This document shows positions 1 through 6,670 of a stretch of DNA of 15,549 nt, piece by piece (the stretch's first letter is position 1; each line of letters starts with the position of its first letter). The notes beneath the pieces were generated by a model that was not told the origin of the DNA, did no database searches, and was given only the letters and a program-made list of their open reading frames with translations. A program made the position numbers and the translations under genes. Source of the stretch: Candidatus Micrarchaeaceae archaeon (GTDB taxonomy: Archaea; Micrarchaeota; Micrarchaeia; Micrarchaeales; CABMGC01); the NCBI GenBank assembly GCA_038873795.1, contig JAVZDR010000012.1, forward strand, positions 1-15,549, written 5' to 3'.

Positions 1-1144
1 GCAACTCTGCCACTTTTGCCTTCCTCAATGAAGCATTGACAACCTTTGCTATGCCTATTTCCTTCAGCATATTCCTTGTTACCTGTGCGTCTGCGGCTGT
101 CGTCGGCTTCCTCACGCCTATTGAACATACGTCCTTGTAGGGCTTTATCGATTCTTCGTATGTGCCTATCCTCCTTGCAGCAGCTATTATCTCTTCCTTG
201 TCGAAGCCTATGAGCGGCCTCAATATGGGCATCTTTATGCCGAGCTCAGATGCGTGTATGTTTGCTACAGTCTGCGACGCCACCTGGCCCAGGCTCTCTC
301 CAGTTATTATTGCGCTTGCTCCCTCTCTCTTCGCTATCTTTGCCGCAAGCCTGAATAAGAATGCCTTGAAAAGCACAGCCTCGTAGGACCTGCTCACCTT
401 CATAGCAGCCACCTGGAAAATGTAGCCAGGTATGTAGTATACTTTAGCGCTGGAGTACTTTGCAAGCATCTCAAGCAGCCTTGGCACCTTTGTTGCCGCA
501 ATCTCGTCTGCGCTTTTGAATGCATGCACATGCATGTATACTGGCGCTATGCCTCTCTTCATTGCATACCATGCTGCCACAGGCGAATCTATACCGCCAG
601 AAAACAGGACCACGCCCTTGCCACTGCTCCCCACAGGGAGGCCCCTTGCGCACTCCTCTATGCTTGTGTAGATGTATGCAGCATCCTTGGAGACGTTTAT
701 GAAAATCTGCGAATCGTAAACATTGTTAGATACATCAATGCCGTGCCTTGCAGCTATTTTTGCGACACTTCTCATTATCTTTATGGAATCGAACGGCAGC
801 TCCTTGTATGATCTATGTGCATTTATTTTCATGGCCTTGCTTCCGCTAGCCTTCATTTTTGCTATATAATCCTCGGCAAGCTCTTCTATTTTGTCGAGCT
901 TCGGCTCCGTTGTTGTGGCAATGTAGCATATGCTCAGGCCGAAGATGTTTTTAAGCTTGCCCTTTATTCTTTCCAAGGAGTTTGCATCGGCATGTATGAC
1001 GAGCCTGTCGTACTTGTTATCGAGCCTGTAGCTTTCGCCTGCAAGCGCCAAGCTTATGTTGCGCAGCAGGATCCTTATGAAAGAGCCCCTGTTGCGGCCC
1101 CTGAGCCAAAGCTCCCCAAACTTAGCCACCAAGACCTCTTCCAT
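1..1144 (-). CDS. thiI: tRNA 4-thiouridine(8) synthase ThiI, 3' end outside the window
   Basis: Hand translation from ATG at 1144: MEEVLVAKFGELWLRGRNRGSF (ThiI N-terminus), GLPVGSSGKGVVLFSGGIDSPVA (PP-loop), TGESLGQVASQT, LRPLIGFDKEEII, DVCS. The segments checked are all in one frame, open to the window edge; not in the ORF track because no stop codon is present. Confidence 0.95.
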   Translation of the reverse strand, partial: MEEVLVAKFGELWLRGRNRGSFIRILLRNISLALAGESYRLDNKYDRLVIHADANSLERIKGKLKNIFGLSICYIATTTEPKLDKIEELAEDYIAKMKASGSKAMKINAHRSYKELPFDSIKIMRSVAKIAARHGIDVSNNVYDSQIFINVSKDAAYIYTSIEECARGLPVGSSGKGVVLFSGGIDSPVAAWYAMKRGIAPVYMHVHAFKSADEIAATKVPRLLEMLAKYSSAKVYYIPGYIFQVAAMKVSRSYEAVLFKAFLFRLAAKIAKREGASAIITGESLGQVASQTVANIHASELGIKMPILRPLIGFDKEEIIAAARRIGTYEESIKPYKDVCSIGVRKPTTAADAQVTRNMLKEIGIAKVVNASLRKAKVAEL

Positions 1145-1168
1145 CCCTTCACTGGCAAATCAGAAGTG

Positions 1169-1327
1169 CTATTGAACAGATTTGAATTCCTTTGGGCTTA
1201 CCTTCCTCTTCATCTGGTCGTACCTCATGCACCTTCTTGAGCAGTAGTGCCTCACCGCGCCGGTGCGCTTGACGAAGATTATGCCCTTGCCCTTCTCTAT
1301 CTCCCTTGAACAGTATGAGCACTTCAC
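1169..1327 (-). CDS. rpl24e: 50S ribosomal protein L24e (eL24), 52 aa, GTG start
   Basis: Hand translation MKCSYCSREIEKGKGIIFVKRTGAVRHYCSRRCMRYDQMKRKVSPKEFKSVQ*: CxxC...CSxxC zinc ribbon, canonical position after rpl7ae-rps28e, AGGT SD-like sequence overlapping the rps28e stop. Below the ORF-track length cutoff. Confidence 0.93.
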   Translation of the reverse strand: MKCSYCSREIEKGKGIIFVKRTGAVRHYCSRRCMRYDQMKRKVSPKEFKSVQ

Positions 1328-1335
1328 GCAATTAC

Positions 1336-1563
1336 CTACTTTACTGTGACAGCATGTGCCTCCCTGCTTGTATCTGGCAGCCTTATTATATCGCCAACCT
1401 TCACCTTGCCTGTCACATTCCTCCTTATGACCCTGCCCTTGTCCTTTGTCCCCTCAAGTATCTTGCACATTACCTGCTTAAGCTCACCATATATGCCTGT
1501 CCTCACGTTGAGGATCTCTACCACTTCTGCAAGGTAGCCGTCAAACTTGCTTTCTTCAGCCAT
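1336..1563 (-). CDS. rps28e: 30S ribosomal protein S28e (eS28)
   Basis: [43 protein letters not shown] matches eS28; lies between rpl7ae and rpl24e. Confidence 0.96.
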   Translation of the reverse strand: MAEESKFDGYLAEVVEILNVRTGIYGELKQVMCKILEGTKDKGRVIRRNVTGKVKVGDIIRLPDTSREAHAVTVK

Positions 1564-1567
1564 TCAT

Positions 1568-2017
1568 TCACTTCTTTTTCTTTTCTGGCTGCGATGGCTT
1601 CTGGGCTTGCACTGCTTCTCCTTTGGCTGCGCCGGCCTGGGCGCCCGCAGCTGCGGATCTTCCAGTCACCTTTGCTATCACCTCCTTGGCCACAGCCTCG
1701 CCATTGCCGAACTTCTCAATCGCAACAGACGCGCAGCTAACATTCAGCCCTACGGCCTTGCCAAGGTCCCTCTTTGTTGGCACATAAACGAAAGGCACCT
1801 TCCTCTGTTCGCAGAGCATCGGTATGTGCATCACAACCTCCTCTGGCTCAACGTCCTCAGCTATCACAACAAGCTGGGCTATGCCACGCTCTATGCTCTT
1901 GGTTGTTTCATTGGTCCCTTTCTTTATTGCGCCGCTCTGCATCGCGAGCCTTACAGCATCGTATGCTTTGTCTGCAACCTCCTTTGTCACTTCAAATTTC
2001 ACGTATGACTTTGCCAT
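1568..2017 (-). CDS. rpl7ae: Ribosomal protein L7Ae (eL8), K-turn binding protein, with a C-terminal low-complexity tail
   Basis: IKKGTNETTKSIERG, LVVIAEDVEPEEVVMHIPMLC, VPFVYVPTKRDLGKAVG motifs. Confidence 0.98.
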   Translation of the reverse strand: MAKSYVKFEVTKEVADKAYDAVRLAMQSGAIKKGTNETTKSIERGIAQLVVIAEDVEPEEVVMHIPMLCEQRKVPFVYVPTKRDLGKAVGLNVSCASVAIEKFGNGEAVAKEVIAKVTGRSAAAGAQAGAAKGEAVQAQKPSQPEKKKK

Positions 2018-2021
2018 ATAA

Positions 2022-2059
2022 TTCGCCTCATCTCATTGGTTTATAATATATCAGCGCAA
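2022..2059 (-). promoter_or_regulatory. Putative K-turn (L7Ae operator) covering the rpl7ae Shine-Dalgarno
   Basis: Minus-strand RNA CGCUGA (2056-2051) pairs with GAU-GAGGCG (2032-2024): tandem G.A/A.G, U.G, C-G, G-C, C-G and a GAU bulge. GAGGCGA is the SD-like element before the ATG at 2017. Confidence 0.5.
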
Positions 2060-2066
2060 ACCTATA
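2050..2066 (+). repeat. 17-bp element ATCAGCGCAAACCTATA, copy 1 of an exact inverted pair
   Basis: Exact reverse complement of 6876-6892. Confidence 0.85.
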
Positions 2067-2070
2067 TAAA
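2063..2070 (-). promoter_or_regulatory. Possible internal TATA box (TTTATATA) for rpl7ae-rps28e-rpl24e
   Basis: Consensus archaeal TATA 46-53 nt upstream of the ATG. BRE is poor in this orientation, and the same bases read CGCAAACC-TATATAAA on the + strand, so direction is ambiguous. Confidence 0.4.
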
Positions 2071-2072
2071 TC

Positions 2073-4265
2073 TCAGTCCAGGAACTGCTGCGGCGCAGGT
2101 GGCTCTGGTGGCTGCCCCTTCCTCTTCCTTATCTCCCTCACCACCTCTTCCTGCAGATCGCTAGGAAGCTTCTCGTAGCCTGCATATTCTGTATACCATA
2201 TGGCCCTGCCCTTAGTAAGGCTTCTGAGGGTGTTTGAAAAGCCCTTTATTACCTCAGCAACTGGCATCTTTGCTATTATGGTTGCCTGCTCGTTCTCCTG
2301 CTGCACCTCTAGTATCTGGCCCCTCTTGCTTTGAAGCATGCCTATTATGTCTGACATGTATTCCTGTGGTGTGTTTATGGTGTATTTCTGCTTGGGCTCA
2401 AGAAGCTTCACTCCTGAGATAAGCATGCCAGCATATATTGGCCGCCTTATTGCTGGTATTATCTGTGCTGGGCCCCTGTGCACAGGGTCTTCATGTATTG
2501 TGGCATCTGTTATCAGCACCTTCACGCCAGTGCATTTCTCCCTTGCGAGAGGTCCGTCTGCCATGGCCTCCTCAAATCCGTCTATTAGCAGTTCCATGAC
2601 CTCATTCATGTACTGCACGCCGTGGGTCGCATCTATCAGCATGTTTTTCTGGTATATATCGACAACGCCTTTGGCCTCATCCCTGCTCATTCCAGCCTTG
2701 ACAAGGGTCTCGACGTACTGCTTGCCCTTTGGCTTGCCATCCCTGATCTCGCCTGAATCAATCAGGTCGCCTACGCTTTTCTCCAGAGGAGCAACGTTTA
2801 TGTAGAATCTCGAATGCTTGTTGGGCGCTTTGCCTTCCACGCCCTTTGTCTCCTTCTCTATTGTCTCCCTGTAGACGACTATGGGCTCGCTCGTCGTTAT
2901 TGGTATGCCGTATGTATCCCTCACCTTTGTCTCTATTATCTCAAGATGAAGCTCACCCATGCCGCTTATCTTGTGCTCGCCAGTTTCTTTGTCTATCTCC
3001 ACCACTATTGTAGGGTCGCTCTTGGCGAGGTCATGCAGGGCCTCTATGAGCCGCGTTGTGTCCCTTGTGCTCTTCGCTTCTATTGCCTTTGTCACAACCG
3101 GGGGTGAATAGTGCCTTATCTGCTCGAACGGCTCCATCGGGACCTCGCTGGCTGTGCCGCCTATGGTTGCGCCGCTGAGCCCGACTATAGCAGCTATGTT
3201 GCCTGCTGGTATGCTCTCGACCTGGACCCTGTCAGGGCCCATGTAAATGCTCACGTTCTGGACTTTCTGAGGCTCTGGCTTGCCACTGACATAGAGCATT
3301 GTGCCCTTCTTTACTGTGCCTGCAAAGACCCTCCCTATTGCGACTTCCCCGGCATGCGGGTCTTCGGTCAAGCCAAATATCGCTATGCATGCTGGGCCAT
3401 TTGCGTCAACATTGATCATGGCTTTGCCTTCAGTGCTTTCATAGTCGCCCTTCCAGACTCTTGGTATCCTGTATGGCTGCGCAACTTTAGGCGAAGGTAG
3501 GTGTTCAACTATCATTGCAAGCACAGCTTCATCTATCGGCGCTATTTCCTGGAGCTTCTGCTCGTCGTTCTTTGCTGTATACTCATAAATCTCCTTGAAA
3601 GTGACCTTGTACTTCTCCATTATCATCTTTGATATTGCCCACTTCTTGTATGCTGAGCCTATGCAGACGCTCCCGTCTTCTACGCTGACGTGCCACTTGC
3701 CAGCAAACTCCTCTGGCGCATACCTGTCTATGAGCTTGTTTATGTTGACTATGAGCTCAAGAAGCCTGGTGTAAGTCTCCTGCATTGTGAGCCTGAGCTC
3801 GTTGAGCAGCCTATCGACCTTGTTTATGAATAGGACAGGCTTGGACCTCTCCTGCAGGGCCTGCCTCAGGACTGTTTCTGTCTGCGGCATTATGCCTTCC
3901 ACAGGATCGACAACCAAAACGACGCCGTCTGCGGCCCTCATCGACCTTGTTACATGGCCGCCAAAATCCACGTGGCCTGGGGTGTCTATGAGGTTTATTA
4001 TGTAGTCCTTGCCTCTGTATGTGAATGCAAGCGAGATGTTTGCCGACTTGATCGTCATACGCCTGTCCTTTTCTATAACGTCATAATTGGTGTAGAGGAT
4101 CTCGCCAGCAACGCTCTTTGCTATTATGCCGGCGTTTGCAAGAAGAGAGTCTGTAAGGGTTGTCTTACCATGGTGGACGTGCGCTATGATGGCTATGTTC
4201 CTTATGTTGTCGGCATCGCTCATCAGCTTATTGACTTCCTCTGCCACTAGCTCCTTTCTAACCAT
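2073..4265 (-). CDS. fusA: Translation elongation factor 2 (aEF-2), 730 aa
   Basis: NIRNIAIIAHVHHGKTT, DTPGHVDF, NKVD, GMGELHLE, PIVVYRET, diphthamide loop HEDPVHRGPAQ, LLEP. Start placed at ATG 4265 (MVRKE), just after the rps7 stop, rather than at 4307. Confidence 0.98.
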   Translation of the reverse strand: MVRKELVAEEVNKLMSDADNIRNIAIIAHVHHGKTTLTDSLLANAGIIAKSVAGEILYTNYDVIEKDRRMTIKSANISLAFTYRGKDYIINLIDTPGHVDFGGHVTRSMRAADGVVLVVDPVEGIMPQTETVLRQALQERSKPVLFINKVDRLLNELRLTMQETYTRLLELIVNINKLIDRYAPEEFAGKWHVSVEDGSVCIGSAYKKWAISKMIMEKYKVTFKEIYEYTAKNDEQKLQEIAPIDEAVLAMIVEHLPSPKVAQPYRIPRVWKGDYESTEGKAMINVDANGPACIAIFGLTEDPHAGEVAIGRVFAGTVKKGTMLYVSGKPEPQKVQNVSIYMGPDRVQVESIPAGNIAAIVGLSGATIGGTASEVPMEPFEQIRHYSPPVVTKAIEAKSTRDTTRLIEALHDLAKSDPTIVVEIDKETGEHKISGMGELHLEIIETKVRDTYGIPITTSEPIVVYRETIEKETKGVEGKAPNKHSRFYINVAPLEKSVGDLIDSGEIRDGKPKGKQYVETLVKAGMSRDEAKGVVDIYQKNMLIDATHGVQYMNEVMELLIDGFEEAMADGPLAREKCTGVKVLITDATIHEDPVHRGPAQIIPAIRRPIYAGMLISGVKLLEPKQKYTINTPQEYMSDIIGMLQSKRGQILEVQQENEQATIIAKMPVAEVIKGFSNTLRSLTKGRAIWYTEYAGYEKLPSDLQEEVVREIRKRKGQPPEPPAPQQFLD

Positions 4266-4275
4266 AAGAATCACA

Positions 4276-5058
4276 CTACCTTGCGCTCTTTGCCATGCGC
4301 TCAGCATTTATCCTCTGCTTTATAGCGTAGCTGTTCGGGTCGTTGTTTGCGGCAAGCATTATCTCGTTTGCAAGGGCCTCGGCAAGCGATGTCTTTTTGT
4401 TGAATGCACCAAGGATGCTCGCAAGCGCCAGGTTTCTCAGCGCAACATCTAGCCTCCTCTTGGAGCTTATGTCGACAGCCACATTATAGGCTATGCCGCC
4501 GTATCTTACCCTTGTTGTATCCTCTATGGGAGCAGCATTGCTCAGAGCATCTACAAGCTTCTGCACTGGATTTGCATTCGACTGCTTGCTGACTATCTCG
4601 AATGCCTTCTCGACTATGTGCATAACCTTTATCTTCTTGCCCTGTAGCTTGCCTTCTGTGCGGACAACCCTGCCGCCTACTTTTCCGCCTGTGCCGCCAC
4701 GCATGAGCTTGTTGACAAGCCTTTCAACTATGCCAACATGCGCTGAATAATAAGCATTGTCCTTCCTTCTGCCAAAGGTGTTGGGATACTCTTTCTGCAG
4801 AAGGTTGATGTAATTTGCTATGCTCTGGTCGCGCACAACCACATCCTTGAGACTGTATTTCCCGAAAAGAAGCTCCTCCCGCTGCGCCTCTGAAGCTGCA
4901 GCCTGCTGCGGGGCAGATCCTGCCTGTTTGCGGCTGCGCTGCCTTGGCTTGGCTGCTGCAGCTGGCTTTTCCTGTTGCGCTGGCTCAACGGCGCTGCCTG
5001 GAGCCACTGCTGGAATATCCTGCCCCATATTTTGATTATTTGGCTTCTCTTCCGCCAT
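4276..5058 (-). CDS. rps7: 30S ribosomal protein S7 (uS7) with a ~60-aa N-terminal extension
   Basis: LFGKY, IVERLVNKLMR, NPVQKLVDAL.NAAP.EDTTRVRYGG, AVDIS..RRLD.ALRN, ERMAKSAR; between rps12 and fusA. Confidence 0.97.
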   Translation of the reverse strand: MAEEKPNNQNMGQDIPAVAPGSAVEPAQQEKPAAAAKPRQRSRKQAGSAPQQAAASEAQREELLFGKYSLKDVVVRDQSIANYINLLQKEYPNTFGRRKDNAYYSAHVGIVERLVNKLMRGGTGGKVGGRVVRTEGKLQGKKIKVMHIVEKAFEIVSKQSNANPVQKLVDALSNAAPIEDTTRVRYGGIAYNVAVDISSKRRLDVALRNLALASILGAFNKKTSLAEALANEIMLAANNDPNSYAIKQRINAERMAKSAR

Positions 5059-5062
5059 TCAA

Positions 5063-5491
5063 TCATCTCTTCGGCTTCTCGATCCTGCCCTTTACTATCT
5101 CGATGAGCGGCGCATTGTTCACAGCCACAACCCTGTACTTAAGTCCTGGTATGCTACCCATCTGGCCGCGCTGGGAACCGCCAAGACCCTGTATTGTCAC
5201 TTCGTCATGCTCATCTATGAAGTTTATCGCGCCATCGTATGGGACATACGCCCCGACAGTCTTGCCATTCTTTATAAGCTGCACCTTCACGCACTTTATC
5301 TGCCCGGAATGCGGCTGCTTCTGCGCAAGTATGAACTTCTGAAGGACTATGGCTCTCGCCATGGGCGCTATGCCAACAGGGTCGTACTTTTTCTTGAGCT
5401 TGAAATACTTCCTCTTCCAAGATTTTTTGAGAAGCCTGTCCCGTTTCCTCTTCTTCAATATAACCTTAGCAGCAAATTCTCCATTAGCCAA
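5063..5491 (-). CDS. rps12: 30S ribosomal protein S12 (uS12), TTG start, divergent conserved loops
   Basis: KQP.S...KCVKVQLIKNGK, A.VP.DGAINFIDEHDEVTI.G.GG, IPG..Y.V..VN, EKP.R; GGTGA SD at 5500-5496; abuts the rpl30e stop. Confidence 0.97.
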   Translation of the reverse strand: MANGEFAAKVILKKRKRDRLLKKSWKRKYFKLKKKYDPVGIAPMARAIVLQKFILAQKQPHSGQIKCVKVQLIKNGKTVGAYVPYDGAINFIDEHDEVTIQGLGGSQRGQMGSIPGLKYRVVAVNNAPLIEIVKGRIEKPKR

Positions 5492-5797
5492 TCAATCACC
5501 ATATGTTTCATTGAGTATGTTTGAGTTTCCTGGGTCTATGATGGCAAGGGCATTTATTGAGTAAGGCTTGCCGCAGGCCGCGCCAAGCTCGAGGGAGCTG
5601 CCCTCGAAGCGCACAAGCCTGAGCCCTGAAACATTGCACATATGCAGTATGTCGCCGATGATATCCTTCTTGCCTTTTGTGGCTATGATTATGGCCTTTG
5701 CTGAATTGTCATTCATGCTCTTTATGGTTTCTTTCGCTCCTATCGCTACCTTGCCTGTATCGACAGCAAGCCTTATGTCCCTAGCCAAGTCAGCCAT
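5492..5797 (-). CDS. rpl30e: 50S ribosomal protein L30e (eL30)
   Basis: IRLAVDTGKVAIG.KETIK, FEGSSLELGAACGKPY.I.ALAIIDPG.S.IL match eL30. Confidence 0.97.
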   Translation of the reverse strand: MADLARDIRLAVDTGKVAIGAKETIKSMNDNSAKAIIIATKGKKDIIGDILHMCNVSGLRLVRFEGSSLELGAACGKPYSINALAIIDPGNSNILNETYGD

Positions 5798-5858
5798 TGT
5801 ATCATCGAGATGGATAATTATGTAGCGTCATCATTTTTATTACTTTGCCATCTAAGCC

Positions 5859-5929
5859 GTTGCCTCAGGGCAGACCAAACTGCGCCGATTGGGCGACGAG
5901 AGAGCCTTACAGGACAAGGCTTAAGCAAC
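5859..5929 (-). ncRNA. Candidate structured RNA (four-helix junction) at the 5' end of the rpl30e-operon leader
   Basis: P1 GUUGCUU/AGGCAAC, P2 AGCCUUG/UAAGGCU, P3 CGCC/GGCG, P4 GCAG/CUGC. Starts at the predicted TSS; two G.U pairs work only on the minus strand. Confidence 0.5.
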
Positions 5930-5952
5930 TATTATGGTATTATACACAAAAG

Positions 5953-5969
5953 TATTTAAAGTGTTTTTC
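5953..5969 (-). promoter_or_regulatory. BRE + TATA promoter of the rpl30e-rps12-rps7-fusA operon
   Basis: Minus strand GAAAAACAC-TTTAAATA; predicted TSS about 5930, giving a leader of about 130 nt. Confidence 0.7.
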
Positions 5970-6016
5970 ATTCCAGTTTGCCGAGGTGTGCTGCGCTTAT
6001 AATACATTGCGCGCCA

Positions 6017-6628
6017 TCAGACCTTTACATAGTTATTCGCCCTAGAAAGAGCCCTTTTGAGAAGGTAATTTTGTATTTCCTGCCAGTCCTTCATGTAAAG
6101 AATGTTGCCATGGCTGTTAGCGCCATTTGTGAAAAACTTCTCGTTCCAGGGCTGCCTGAGCATCAGTATTGTTATGCTCGGTGGCATTTCGGCTGCGAGC
6201 TCGTAATAATCCTCTATATGGATGCTTGCAACGTTCTTTATCTTTTTGATCTGCTTGTCGAGATGTATCAATTCGTCGTAAGAGATGTCATTCTGCTCCA
6301 ACCAGCTTCTGATCTGCTCATCTTTGCCGACTGTTGCGGTGACGATCCAAATGTAATAGTAATCGCGCAGGCTCCTTATTATTTCTGGTATCCTTTGATC
6401 TTCAAGCTTTATCTCTTTGTAATTTGCCCATGCATCCTTGAAATAGGCTATAATTCTGCTCCATTTAAGGTCATTGTATGGGCCTGTCTTTCTCAGATCA
6501 TAATATCCAAGCTCCTCTTTTCTCACAATTTTTTTGAGCTCCTTGCTGCGCAGCTCGTTGGCTGCAGTAACAAGGTCGGCAAGGACACCATCGAGGTCTA
6601 TGCTGAGAATTTCCTTCTCCGCAGCCAT
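6017..6628 (-). CDS. HAD-superfamily 5'(3')-deoxyribonucleotidase-like phosphatase (NT5C-like)
   Basis: Motif I IDLDGVLAD, motif II IVTA, Lys in KKIK, motif IV IHIED, C-terminal QPWN typical of the NT5C/YqfW-like group. ATG at 6628 with AGGTTGA upstream; TTG at 6637 is an alternative start. Confidence 0.8.
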   Translation of the reverse strand: MAAEKEILSIDLDGVLADLVTAANELRSKELKKIVRKEELGYYDLRKTGPYNDLKWSRIIAYFKDAWANYKEIKLEDQRIPEIIRSLRDYYYIWIVTATVGKDEQIRSWLEQNDISYDELIHLDKQIKKIKNVASIHIEDYYELAAEMPPSITILMLRQPWNEKFFTNGANSHGNILYMKDWQEIQNYLLKRALSRANNYVKV

Positions 6629-6655
6629 CAAAATCAACCTTATTTTGGGCAGAAT

Positions 6656-6670
6656 ATTTTATATGCTTTA
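6656..6670 (-). promoter_or_regulatory. Putative promoter of the HAD gene (TAAAGCATATAAAAT)
   Basis: AT-rich BRE/TATA-like element about 30 nt before the ATG; a near-identical TAAAGCATAAAAAT lies upstream of smc (11400-11413). Confidence 0.5.

Noticed and set aside
1149..1331. 60-aa minus-strand ORF in the track
   Set aside because: Wrong frame; the real gene is rpl24e at 1169-1327.
2073..4265. EF-2 as a diphthamide-less paralog or intein-containing gene
   Set aside because: HRG diphthamide motif intact, normal length, canonical place after rps7, no intein motifs.
4266..4307. 14-aa N-terminal extension of EF-2 in the track
   Set aside because: Overlaps the rps7 3' end; ATG 4265 gives a normal N-terminus.
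5859..5929. tRNA or split tRNA gene
   Set aside because: No GTTCRA T-loop, no D-loop GG, no 7-nt anticodon loop, wrong spacer lengths.
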